Source: an uncultured Gemmatimonadaceae bacterium
GTDB lineage: Bacteria; Gemmatimonadota; Gemmatimonadetes; Gemmatimonadales; Gemmatimonadaceae
DNA: 64,000 nt
Reading direction: 5' to 3'
Assembly (NCBI GenBank): GCA_963781585.1
Contig: CAWAGQ010000004.1
Span: 992,001 to 1,056,000, forward strand
Shown: piece by piece, positions 47,205-55,850 of the stretch
How positions within the stretch are numbered: the first letter of the stretch is position 1
Layout: every line of letters starts with the position of its first letter
Position numbers and translations under genes: made by a program
Notes under the pieces: generated by a model
Told to the model about the DNA's origin: nothing
Seen by the model: only the letters and a program-made list of their open reading frames with translations
The model's database searches: none

Positions 47205-50200
47205 TTACCCTCCGGCGGCAGGCGAATGGTCGGACACAGCGTTCGTCCGCTGCGGAGGCGGCTCGTCGGTCGTCGGGACGATCTCGGGAAGTCCGGCCGC
47301 CTTGAGCATGGCGTTCAGGCGACCGAGGAACGCATCCACGTTCTTCTTGTATCGGGCGAGCTCCCGGTCGAGTTTCGGCGACAACGTGTTGAAGACCTCG
47401 TATGCCTGCGGGGGCGGCCGCCGTTCGCCGTTACTCACGAAACCCATCAGTGCCGCAAGCTGGTTGTTCACGCGTACCGGGAAGTTGAGTGGATCCTCAC
47501 CGCTCTTGTTCTTCGTCTGGTAGATGGAGTCTTCGACCGCGCTCAGACTGTCGGCAAACGTCGTGGCGAGCGGCGCGAACGCCGCGACCGCCGCCATCTT
47601 CGGTGTGCGGTCATCGAGCTGCCGTTTGACGCTGCGAATTCGCTTGACGGCGTCGTTGGCCTCGGTGACCCGGTCGCGTAGCTGCAGCGCGAACCGCGTC
47701 TGCTCGGCGAGATCGGCGTCGGTGGCGCTCGCTCGCGGGTCGCGGCGAACCACGAGCGGTGCCGACAGCGGCGCGGCGTCGCCGACCGTGAGCCGCACGG
47801 TGTAGGTCCCCGGCGCGATCGCCGGGCCGGTGACTCCGCCCGCCCAGAAGATCATCCCCTGAAAGCTCGATGCGTCGGGGTAGCGCATGTTCCATTGATA
47901 CTGATTGACGCCGAGCCGCGTGGTGACCCGCGCCGCACCGGCGCCACCAAATCGCCCGCCGCCTCCGCGCCCGCCGACGCCCTGCGGCACCGAATCCGTG
48001 GACGAGTATTTCCGGACGAGCTTGCCTGTCGGATCGAGGAATTCAACAGTCACCGGCTGTGAGTCCTGCGCGAGGCGATACATCACGGTGGCGCTCGCGT
48101 TGCCGGCGCGGGTGACCGGCGCCGGCTTGTAGAGGAAGTTCTTCCCCTGCGCAGCCGCCACTTCCGGTGCCTGACGCAGCTCGGTCAGGTTCTCCATCAC
48201 CCAGAACGCCCGCCCGTGCGTGGCGATCACCATGTCGTCATCGCGCAGAGCGATGTCGTGTACCGGGACGGGCGGGAGGTTGCGCTGCAGGCTCTGCCAG
48301 TTGCGGCCGTCGTTGTACGACACCCACACGCCGCGTTCGGTGGCCGCGTACAGCAGACCTGGACGGACCAGGTCCTCGCGTACGGCGCGCGTGAACTCGG
48401 TCGGCGTGATCCCGTCAGTGATTTTCGTCCAGGTTGCTCCGTAGTCATGCGTCTTGTACAGGTACGGCGCGAAGTCGTCCAACTGGTATCGATTCGCCGC
48501 CACGTACGCCGTAGCCGGGTCATGCGGCGACGGGTCGATGATCGAGATGCGCGTCCACTCGGGCAGCCCTTTCGGTGTGACGTTCTTCCAGCTCTTGCCG
48601 CCGTCCCGGGTCAGGTAGATGAGCCCATCGTCCGAGCCTGTCCAGATCAACCCGGGCGTGACCGGTGACTCCTGGACGGCGAAGATCGTGGCGTAGTACT
48701 CGATAGACGTCTGATCCTTCGTGATGGGCCCACCCGACGGACCGAGCGTCGCGGGATCGTGCCGCGTGAGATCCGGCGAAATCACCGACCAGGTCTTCCC
48801 GTCGTTCGACGACTTGAAGAGCACGTTGGATCCCACGTACAGGACGTGCGGATCGCGCGGCGAGTTCATGATCGGGTACGTCCACTGGAAGCGGTACTTC
48901 GAATCCTTCGCGTCGTGGCCCATCGGGTTGAGCGGCCAGGGGTCCAGCCGCTCGCTCAGCCCGGTCCGGCGATTCTGCATCTCGAGCACGCCGCTGTAGT
49001 TGCCGCCGTAGGTGATTTCGGGATCGAGCGGATCGGAGGCGATGTAGCCCGACTCGCCGCCCGCAACACCGTAGAAGTCGGAATACTGCGGTCCGGACGT
49101 CGTGCCACCGCGCCCGCCGCGGCCTCCCCCGCCACCACCCCGTCCGAATCCGCCGGCCGCTCGCACCGGGCCGCACGACGATCCGGCATCCTGCTTGGCC
49201 CCGCACACGTGATATGGAACGTGATTCGTGAGGTGTACGTGGTAGAATTGCCCGGTCGGCGCCGCCACCCGGATCGACGATGAGCCGCCGTCGGTGGTGA
49301 TGATCGCCCCGTTGTCGTGCGCCACGGCGATCCGCTTCGGGTCGTCGGGCGCGATCCACACGTCATGATTGTCGCCGCCGCCGAACCCGCGCGCGAAGGT
49401 CTTGCCGCCATCCTTCGACCACATCGGTCCCACGTTAGGCGCTGCAAGGACGTTCGTGTCCTTCGGGTCGGCGTAGATGTTCGAGTAGTACCAGGCCCGC
49501 TGGCGCAGATCGCGGTCGCCATTCATGAAGGTCCAGGTCGCCCCGCCGTCGGCCGATCGGTAGATGCCGCCGTTCGGCTCATGCTCGATCAGCGCCCACA
49601 CCAGGTTCGACTTCACCGGCGACACCGCGACGCCGATGCGTCCCAGAACTCCCGACGGGAGCCCGGGGTTGTGCGTGATCTCCGTCCAGTGTTCCCCACC
49701 ATCGGTGGTCTTGAAGATGCCGCTCCCGGCCCCGCCGCTGATGAGCAACCACGGTTTCCGCCCGGCCTGCCAGAACGCGGCGTACAGCACCTCCGGATTC
49801 GTCGGATCCATGACCAGATCGCTGATGCCGGTGGAGTCGTTCCGGAACAGCACCTTGCGCCAGGTTCTGCCACCGTCGGTGGTCTTGAAAACGCCGCGCT
49901 CCGGATTCGGTCCCCACACATGTCCGAGCGCACCGACGTACACAATGTCCGGATTGGTGGGGTGGACACGGACCCTCGCAATCTGTTGCGTCTCTCGGAG
50001 ACCCAGGTAGCTCCAGGTCTTTCCACCGTCCGTGGTCTTCCAGACACCCTCGCCATGGGACACGTTTCCGCGGATCGGCGATTCGCCGCCCCCCACGTAC
50101 ACGATGTCGGGATTGCTCTCGCTCACAGCGATCGCCCCGATGGTCCCGCCGAAGTACTTGTCGGTAACTGGTGTGAGGGTCGTGCCACCATCCGTTGTCT

Positions 50201-50471
50201 TCCACACGCCGCCACCGGTTGTGCCGAAGTAGTACTCCCTGGGTCTCGCCGACGAACCCGCTACCGCAGCCATCCGGCCCGCGCTGTTCGGGCCGATGCT
50301 TCGCCACTGCAGGCTGCCCCACAGCGCGGTGTCGACGGGGACCGCGACCTGCGTCGCGGCGGATATCTGCCGGCCGACGGACGATCCGGTGGGTCGCTGC
50401 TGTGCCACAAGGGCACCGGGCACAGCGCAGGCGACGGCCAGTGCTCGCGAGAGGAGGGTCGGTCGATTCAC
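47205..50471 (-). CDS. Secreted BNR/Asp-box repeat (VPS10/sortilin-like) beta-propeller protein with helical C-terminal tail
   Basis: Signal peptide, WRSIGP..AGR, repeated TTDGGxTW, QRAWYY, YRFQW, ATHGR, EDPLNFP. Confidence 0.93.
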   Translation of the reverse strand: MNRPTLLSRALAVACAVPGALVAQQRPTGSSVGRQISAATQVAVPVDTALWGSLQWRSIGPNSAGRMAAVAGSSARPREYYFGTTGGGVWKTTDGGTTLTPVTDKYFGGTIGAIAVSESNPDIVYVGGGESPIRGNVSHGEGVWKTTDGGKTWSYLGLRETQQIARVRVHPTNPDIVYVGALGHVWGPNPERGVFKTTDGGRTWRKVLFRNDSTGISDLVMDPTNPEVLYAAFWQAGRKPWLLISGGAGSGIFKTTDGGEHWTEITHNPGLPSGVLGRIGVAVSPVKSNLVWALIEHEPNGGIYRSADGGATWTFMNGDRDLRQRAWYYSNIYADPKDTNVLAAPNVGPMWSKDGGKTFARGFGGGDNHDVWIAPDDPKRIAVAHDNGAIITTDGGSSSIRVAAPTGQFYHVHLTNHVPYHVCGAKQDAGSSCGPVRAAGGFGRGGGGGGRGGRGGTTSGPQYSDFYGVAGGESGYIASDPLDPEITYGGNYSGVLEMQNRRTGLSERLDPWPLNPMGHDAKDSKYRFQWTYPIMNSPRDPHVLYVGSNVLFKSSNDGKTWSVISPDLTRHDPATLGPSGGPITKDQTSIEYYATIFAVQESPVTPGLIWTGSDDGLIYLTRDGGKSWKNVTPKGLPEWTRISIIDPSPHDPATAYVAANRYQLDDFAPYLYKTHDYGATWTKITDGITPTEFTRAVREDLVRPGLLYAATERGVWVSYNDGRNWQSLQRNLPPVPVHDIALRDDDMVIATHGRAFWVMENLTELRQAPEVAAAQGKNFLYKPAPVTRAGNASATVMYRLAQDSQPVTVEFLDPTGKLVRKYSSTDSVPQGVGGRGGGGRFGGAGAARVTTRLGVNQYQWNMRYPDASSFQGMIFWAGGVTGPAIAPGTYTVRLTVGDAAPLSAPLVVRRDPRASATDADLAEQTRFALQLRDRVTEANDAVKRIRSVKRQLDDRTPKMAAVAAFAPLATTFADSLSAVEDSIYQTKNKSGEDPLNFPVRVNNQLAALMGFVSNGERRPPPQAYEVFNTLSPKLDRELARYKKNVDAFLGRLNAMLKAAGLPEIVPTTDEPPPQRTNAVSDHSPAAGG

Positions 50472-50640
50472 TTGGACGATTCCGGGACAGGAGGGGGGCG
50501 CGTTTGCAGAGGTTGGGCGTTCGGCTCGTGGTCAAGGCGCGCCGTCATCCTACGCTACGCGCGCGACCCGCGTTGTGCCACCGGGGATGCCGGCTCCCGC
50601 GGTCGCTCGCGGCAGCTCTCTGCCGTCGGCTACAGCGGGG

Positions 50641-50922
50641 CTATCCGCCGCTCACGGCGGCGATGATCTCGATGGTGTCGCCGTCGCGCACACCCGTCTC
50701 CAGTCCCTCGGCAAATCGGACGCTCTCCTGTCCCACGAACACGTTCACGTGCTCACGAATGGCGCCCTGCTCGGTGAGCACGCGGTCCACGGCGGCCGGA
50801 TACCGGTCCTTCAGCGCGATGAGCGCATGTCGGACGGTAGAACATTGCTCCTCCAGAACCACGATGCGGCTGCCGCTGGCGTACGGCTCCAGTGCACTAG
50901 GCAAGGCGATGGTCACAGACAT
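50641..50922 (-). CDS. MoaD/ThiS family ubiquitin-fold protein
   Basis: 93 aa beta-grasp pattern, HVNVFV, C-terminal AVSGG. Confidence 0.92.
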   Translation of the reverse strand: MSVTIALPSALEPYASGSRIVVLEEQCSTVRHALIALKDRYPAAVDRVLTEQGAIREHVNVFVGQESVRFAEGLETGVRDGDTIEIIAAVSGG

Positions 50923-50938
50923 GATGGCCGGAGCAGTC

Positions 50939-52078
50939 TCAGGTCACGCCAGCCGGTCCGCCGACCACCGCCGCGTTCACGCAGGTGATGGGGGGCAGCG
51001 CGTCGCTGATCGCCTTCCACGTTTCTCCCTCGTCGGAGGAACCGAAGAGCTTTCCGCTGCGGGTACCAAAATAGATACCCGCCTGGTTGCACGAGTCCGC
51101 GCACAGGGCATCACGCAGAACTGCCTCGTACGCACGACGCTGCGGCAATCCCCTTGCCAGCGGCTGCCACGATGCGCCCGCGTCGCGCGTGCGATACACC
51201 CGGAGCCTCGCTCCCGGAACACACCTGAACATGTCGGACTCGAGCGGAACGATGTACACCGAGTCGGCGTCTGTCGGATGCATCTGCATCGCGAACCCGA
51301 AGTCGCTCGGGACACCGTTGGCAATGTCGTGCCAACTGTCTCCCCAATCATCGCTGCGGTAAAGTCCCCAGTGATTCTGAAGAAACAGCCGCTCAGGCCG
51401 ACTGGGATGCTGCGCCACCTTGTGGACGCACTGCCCGAACTCCGGATGTTTGTCGGGCAGAAACTCCGCACGAACACCCACGTTGCGAGGCCGCCAGGTT
51501 CGGCCGCCGTCCTCGGTGCGGTAGACGCCGCCCGTGGACATCGCCACGATCATGCGCTGCCGATCGGTGGGATGCGTTACGATCGTGTGGAGGCAGAGCC
51601 CGCCGCCTCCCGGCGTCCACCGGGCTCGGTGCTCGTGCGTCAGCAGCCCGTCGACGACCGTCCACGTATCGCCGCCGTCGCGCGATTCGAAGAGCGCCGA
51701 CGGTTCCACTCCCGCCCAGAGCAGGTTCGGTTCGTCAGCCGGACCGGGGAGAATCTGCCAGATCTGAACGAGAGACAGACCAGACGCTTCCGGAAACCTC
51801 ACGGACGGACGATCGGGTGCACTCCAGCTCCGGCCAAAGTCATCGCTCGTGCGAATGCCGCTGCCCCAGTGAAAGCTGCGCGTGGCTGCGAGAAGCCGTC
51901 GGCGACCGCCGCGCTCGTCGTACGTGAAGGCGTATACGGATTCCCCGGGGAAGTGAGGACCATCCATGCGCCATCGCTTACGGAACGGATCGGACGCCAG
52001 GACAAAGGCGCCCTTGGTCGTGCCGACGAGGAGAAGGACATCGCCCTTGTTCGGTGAAGGTGCGCGGCTTCGAGGCAT
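50939..52078 (-). CDS. Cytoplasmic BNR-repeat (sialidase-like) beta-propeller protein
   Basis: LLVGTTKGAF, SDDFGRSW, SRDGGDTW, GGLCLHTI, GQCVHK, QNHWG, PSDFGF, LRDA. No signal peptide. Confidence 0.9.
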   Translation of the reverse strand: MPRSRAPSPNKGDVLLLVGTTKGAFVLASDPFRKRWRMDGPHFPGESVYAFTYDERGGRRRLLAATRSFHWGSGIRTSDDFGRSWSAPDRPSVRFPEASGLSLVQIWQILPGPADEPNLLWAGVEPSALFESRDGGDTWTVVDGLLTHEHRARWTPGGGGLCLHTIVTHPTDRQRMIVAMSTGGVYRTEDGGRTWRPRNVGVRAEFLPDKHPEFGQCVHKVAQHPSRPERLFLQNHWGLYRSDDWGDSWHDIANGVPSDFGFAMQMHPTDADSVYIVPLESDMFRCVPGARLRVYRTRDAGASWQPLARGLPQRRAYEAVLRDALCADSCNQAGIYFGTRSGKLFGSSDEGETWKAISDALPPITCVNAAVVGGPAGVT

Positions 52079-52270
52079 GGTGTTGTGAGAGTCGATGCAA
52101 CAGCGGTGAGAAGGTACGCCAGAGACCGTCGTTCGCTATGCCGAACCCGGAAAGAGCCCACATCCGGCGCGCTGTGCCTCGAGTCGAGCAATGCTCATTG
52201 GTCGGCTTCCCTCGCAAGGGGTGGCTCCGGCGCTCGAAAACTCGGCGCGCGCCGGGTCCGACGCAAGCAA

Positions 52271-53488
52271 CTACTCGTATCGCAGGGCCTGAATGGGATC
52301 GAGGAGTGCTGCTTTGCGAGCTGGATAGTAGCCGAAGAAGATGCCGACCGCGGCCGAGAACCCGATCGCGATGCCGGCCATCGCCGGCGCAATGGTCGTG
52401 CCCCAGCCGGTGAAGTGTTGCAGTACCGCCGCCCCTCCAAATCCCACACCGATACCGATGATGCCACCGAACACGCTCATCACCACGCTCTCAACCAGGA
52501 ACTGGCGCATGACGTCCGCTCCGCGGGCGCCGATGGCGAGCCGGATCCCGATCTCGCGGGTCCGCTCGGTGACCGATACCAGCATGATGTTCATGATGCC
52601 GATGCCGCCGACCAGCAGCGAGATGCTGGCAATCGCCGCGAGCAGCAGCGACATGACCTCCGTCGTGCCCTGGGCCGCCTGCGCCAGATCAGTCTGATTC
52701 CGGACGGTAAAATCATCCGGCTCGTATTCGGCGAGTTTGTGGGTCTCACGCAGAATGCCGCGGATCTCGTCTTCGGCTGCCGGGATGTCGGCCTTCGACG
52801 GCGTCGACGCGAGAATCTGGGGGATGAACGTGTGACGGGACAGGCGGGTCTGCACGGTCGTATACGGCGCGAGGATCACGTCGTCCTGGTCGCTTCCCTC
52901 GGCGGTCTGGCCTTTTTCCGACAACACACCGACGATTTCGACCGGCACGTTCCTGATCAGAATCTGCTGACCGACGGGGTCCTGATTCGGGAAGAGATTC
53001 TTCGCGACGGTCTGGCCGATCACCACGACTTTCCGCACGCCGCGGACCTCACTGTCGTCGAACAGTCGACCCGATTGCGCCTGCCAGTCGCGAATGATGA
53101 AGTAATCGGTGGAAACGCCGTCGACCATGGTGCGCCAGTTGGTTCCTCCGCCCACCACCTGCGTCGGCGCCATCACCACCGGCGACGACCCGGCCAGCAA
53201 CACGCTTTCGCGCTTGAGGGCATCCGCATCCTCCAGTGACAGTCGGTTCGACGTTCCCGCTCCCTGGCTGACTCCGCCGGACTGACTCGCTCCCTGGGTA
53301 ATTACGATCATGTTCGTTCCAAGATTCTCGATGCGCTGCTGAATCTGGGTCTTCGCACCCTGTCCCACGGCGACCATCACAATCACCGCGGCCACACCGA
53401 TGATGATGCCAAGCATGGTCAGCAGCGTACGCATCTTGTTCTTCAGGATGCTCTTGGTCGCTATGTCGATCAGTCGGGTTGCCTTCAT
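52271..53488 (-). CDS. MacB-like ABC transporter permease
   Basis: RTLLTMLGIIIGV, ISLLVGGIGIMNIMLVSVTERTREIGIRLAIGA, PIQALRYE. ATG at 53488. Confidence 0.95.
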   Translation of the reverse strand: MKATRLIDIATKSILKNKMRTLLTMLGIIIGVAAVIVMVAVGQGAKTQIQQRIENLGTNMIVITQGASQSGGVSQGAGTSNRLSLEDADALKRESVLLAGSSPVVMAPTQVVGGGTNWRTMVDGVSTDYFIIRDWQAQSGRLFDDSEVRGVRKVVVIGQTVAKNLFPNQDPVGQQILIRNVPVEIVGVLSEKGQTAEGSDQDDVILAPYTTVQTRLSRHTFIPQILASTPSKADIPAAEDEIRGILRETHKLAEYEPDDFTVRNQTDLAQAAQGTTEVMSLLLAAIASISLLVGGIGIMNIMLVSVTERTREIGIRLAIGARGADVMRQFLVESVVMSVFGGIIGIGVGFGGAAVLQHFTGWGTTIAPAMAGIAIGFSAAVGIFFGYYPARKAALLDPIQALRYE

Positions 53489-53489
53489 G

Positions 53490-54251
53490 TCAATCTTCCA
53501 CCGGAATGGGACCAACCAGCTCCAGGTCGCGGGCCGCCGCGTGGCGATCGCTGACCGGCTCGTCGCGAAGAATGTGGCCATCTCGCAGTTCGACGATACG
53601 CCGGGCGTACTGCGCGATGTCGTGTTCGTGCGTCACCAGGAGTATCGTGATGCCCTGGTCGTTCAGGGTTTGAAAGATGGAAAGCACTTCGATCGACGTG
53701 ACGCTGTCGAGATTGCCGGTTGGTTCGTCGGCGAGCACGATCGCCGGCTGGGTGACGAGGGCGCGTGCGATGGCGACGCGCTGCTGTTGACCACCCGACA
53801 GTTCGCTGGGCTCGTGATCCATTCGGTCACCGAGTCCCACGCGTTCGAGGGCCTCACGCGCGACACGCTTCGTATCCAGCTTGCGGCCGCTCCGATCATA
53901 CAGGAGGGGCAGCTCGACATTGTCCAGTGCACTCGTGCGCGGCAGCAGGTTGAATCCCTGAAAGACGAAACCGATGCGCGAGTTGCGAATGTCCGCGAGC
54001 GCGTTCTTGTCCAGTCCGTCCACGCGCACGTCGTCCAGCCAGTAGCTGCCCGATGTGGGCCGATCGAGACAGCCAAGAATATTCATGAGCGTCGACTTTC
54101 CAGAGCCGGACGCGCCCATGATGGCCACCATCTCGCCCCGATCCACCGACAAGTCGACCCCGCGCAGGGCGTGCACCTCGGTCTTTCCGGTGCGATAGAT
54201 GCGCTTGAGGTGCTCAACCCGGATCACCGGACTTCCTGCGACGGCCGTCAT
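53490..54251 (-). CDS. MacB/LolD-like ABC ATP-binding protein
   Basis: GASGSGKST, LSGGQQQRVAIARAL, ADEPTGNLD, VTHE. Confidence 0.96.
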   Translation of the reverse strand: MTAVAGSPVIRVEHLKRIYRTGKTEVHALRGVDLSVDRGEMVAIMGASGSGKSTLMNILGCLDRPTSGSYWLDDVRVDGLDKNALADIRNSRIGFVFQGFNLLPRTSALDNVELPLLYDRSGRKLDTKRVAREALERVGLGDRMDHEPSELSGGQQQRVAIARALVTQPAIVLADEPTGNLDSVTSIEVLSIFQTLNDQGITILLVTHEHDIAQYARRIVELRDGHILRDEPVSDRHAAARDLELVGPIPVED

Positions 54252-55558
54252 CAGAATCCTCCGCGACCCCGGAAGCCGCCGCGGCCCTGTGGCTGACCGG
54301 TCTGAAACGGGCTGGACACGGCGCCCGGAGCCTGGTCGGACGACGTCACGGCCGCGATGACCTGCATGCCTTCGTGGACGCTGCTGCCGGTGATTTCAGT
54401 CTCCTGGCCGTTCGTCAAGCCGGTCCGCACGCGCGTCATGGCCGGGTTTCCGTTGTCGTCCAGATACCAGAGCTGCGCAAACCCCACGCGCTGGGATTCG
54501 CCGACACCGCCCGCGCGCCCGGGCTCGCGGAGCGCATCCTCCTCAACGGTGCCAGGCCGCCGAGCGATGCCGCGGCCGCTGTCCGTGCCCGCACGCGAAC
54601 TGTCGCGCAACCCGGCCGGACCGCCTGTCCGTGCAGTCGCAATCATGGCCGCGGTGGGACGCAGGCGCAGGGCCGCGTTTTGCACCTTGAGCACGTTGGT
54701 CGCTTTGGCGACCTCGAAGCTGACGGTCGCCGTCATCCCCGGCAGAAGAAGCCCATCGGGATTGTTCACGGCGACGACCACCGTGTAGTTGACGACGTTC
54801 TCGTTGGCCGTGGACTGCATCCGCACCTGACCGACCTTTCCGTCGAAGGTGCGATTGGGATAGGCCTGCACCGTGAAGTGGACTGGCTGGCCTTCGCGGA
54901 TCTGGCCGATGTCGCCTTCGTCAACCGAGGCGAGGATCTGCATATGCGACAGGTCCTCGGCGATCAGGAAGAGCTGTGGCGCGGACAGGCTGGCCGCCAC
55001 GGTCTGCCCGACGTCCACGTTGCGCTCGATCACAATGCCGTCGATGGGCGAGTAGATCGACGCGTAGCTGAGATTCCGCTTGGCGCGTTCGAGATTCGAC
55101 TGCGACGACTTGAGCGCCGCCTCGGACATTTTCGCGTCATACTGCGCGGTCTTGTACTCAGTCTCCGTGGAGACCTCGTTCTTGTACATGGACTCTGTCT
55201 GATTGAGCACGAACTGCTTCTGCTGCAGATCAGCCTGAGCCCGTTCCACGTCTGCCTCCGCCTGCCGAACGGCCTCTTCGAGCACCGTCGGATCGAGACG
55301 GGCGATGAGCTGGCCCTTCTTGACATGGTCGTTGAAGTCAGCGTGGAGCTCGGCGATCTGCCCGGACACCTGCGTGCCGACCTGCACCGTGCGGACCGCG
55401 CTGAGGATCCCCGTGGAATTCACCGCCGACTCGATGTCGCCGCGTGTCACTTCCACAAAACGATATGACGTGGTGTCTTTCGCCGAGCGGTGCAGCAGAA
55501 ACGCGATGCTGACACCAGCAATGGCGAGGACGGAAATCCCGGTGATGAGGCGTCTCAT
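54251..55558 (-). CDS. Efflux periplasmic adaptor subunit (MacA-like)
   Basis: VQVGTQVSGQI, VKKGQLIA, SPIDGIVI..VDVGQTVAASL, PGMTA. ATG at 55558 with GGGAGAG RBS. Confidence 0.94.
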   Translation of the reverse strand: MRRLITGISVLAIAGVSIAFLLHRSAKDTTSYRFVEVTRGDIESAVNSTGILSAVRTVQVGTQVSGQIAELHADFNDHVKKGQLIARLDPTVLEEAVRQAEADVERAQADLQQKQFVLNQTESMYKNEVSTETEYKTAQYDAKMSEAALKSSQSNLERAKRNLSYASIYSPIDGIVIERNVDVGQTVAASLSAPQLFLIAEDLSHMQILASVDEGDIGQIREGQPVHFTVQAYPNRTFDGKVGQVRMQSTANENVVNYTVVVAVNNPDGLLLPGMTATVSFEVAKATNVLKVQNAALRLRPTAAMIATARTGGPAGLRDSSRAGTDSGRGIARRPGTVEEDALREPGRAGGVGESQRVGFAQLWYLDDNGNPAMTRVRTGLTNGQETEITGSSVHEGMQVIAAVTSSDQAPGAVSSPFQTGQPQGRGGFRGRGGF

Positions 55559-55850
55559 TGCTCTCCCGTAATGGCGGAGTTCTCGCCGCCGAAGCGGCAG
55601 GTAGAATCGCTCGTGTTCCTGGGCGCGCTCCTCGAACGAGGAGTACCCGCGAAAGCGCTGCGCGGTCGGCTGCACACGCGAAAGCGCGCTCGAGAACGAG
55701 CGCGAGGTGCGGCGGACTCAGCCGCGAAGGCGCGGGATCACGAACGTGTCGAAATCAGCGCGCGATCCTGCGCTTCTTAGACGGACCGAGCGCCCTATCC
55801 GTTAACGGAGCCCGACTGCACATCGTTGGGCGCTTGTCGAAGGTCGCAAA

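Noticed and set aside
55798..55809. 12-bp palindrome TCCGTTAACGGA
   Set aside because: Single short instance about 240 nt from the next start, with no cognate regulator; may be chance.
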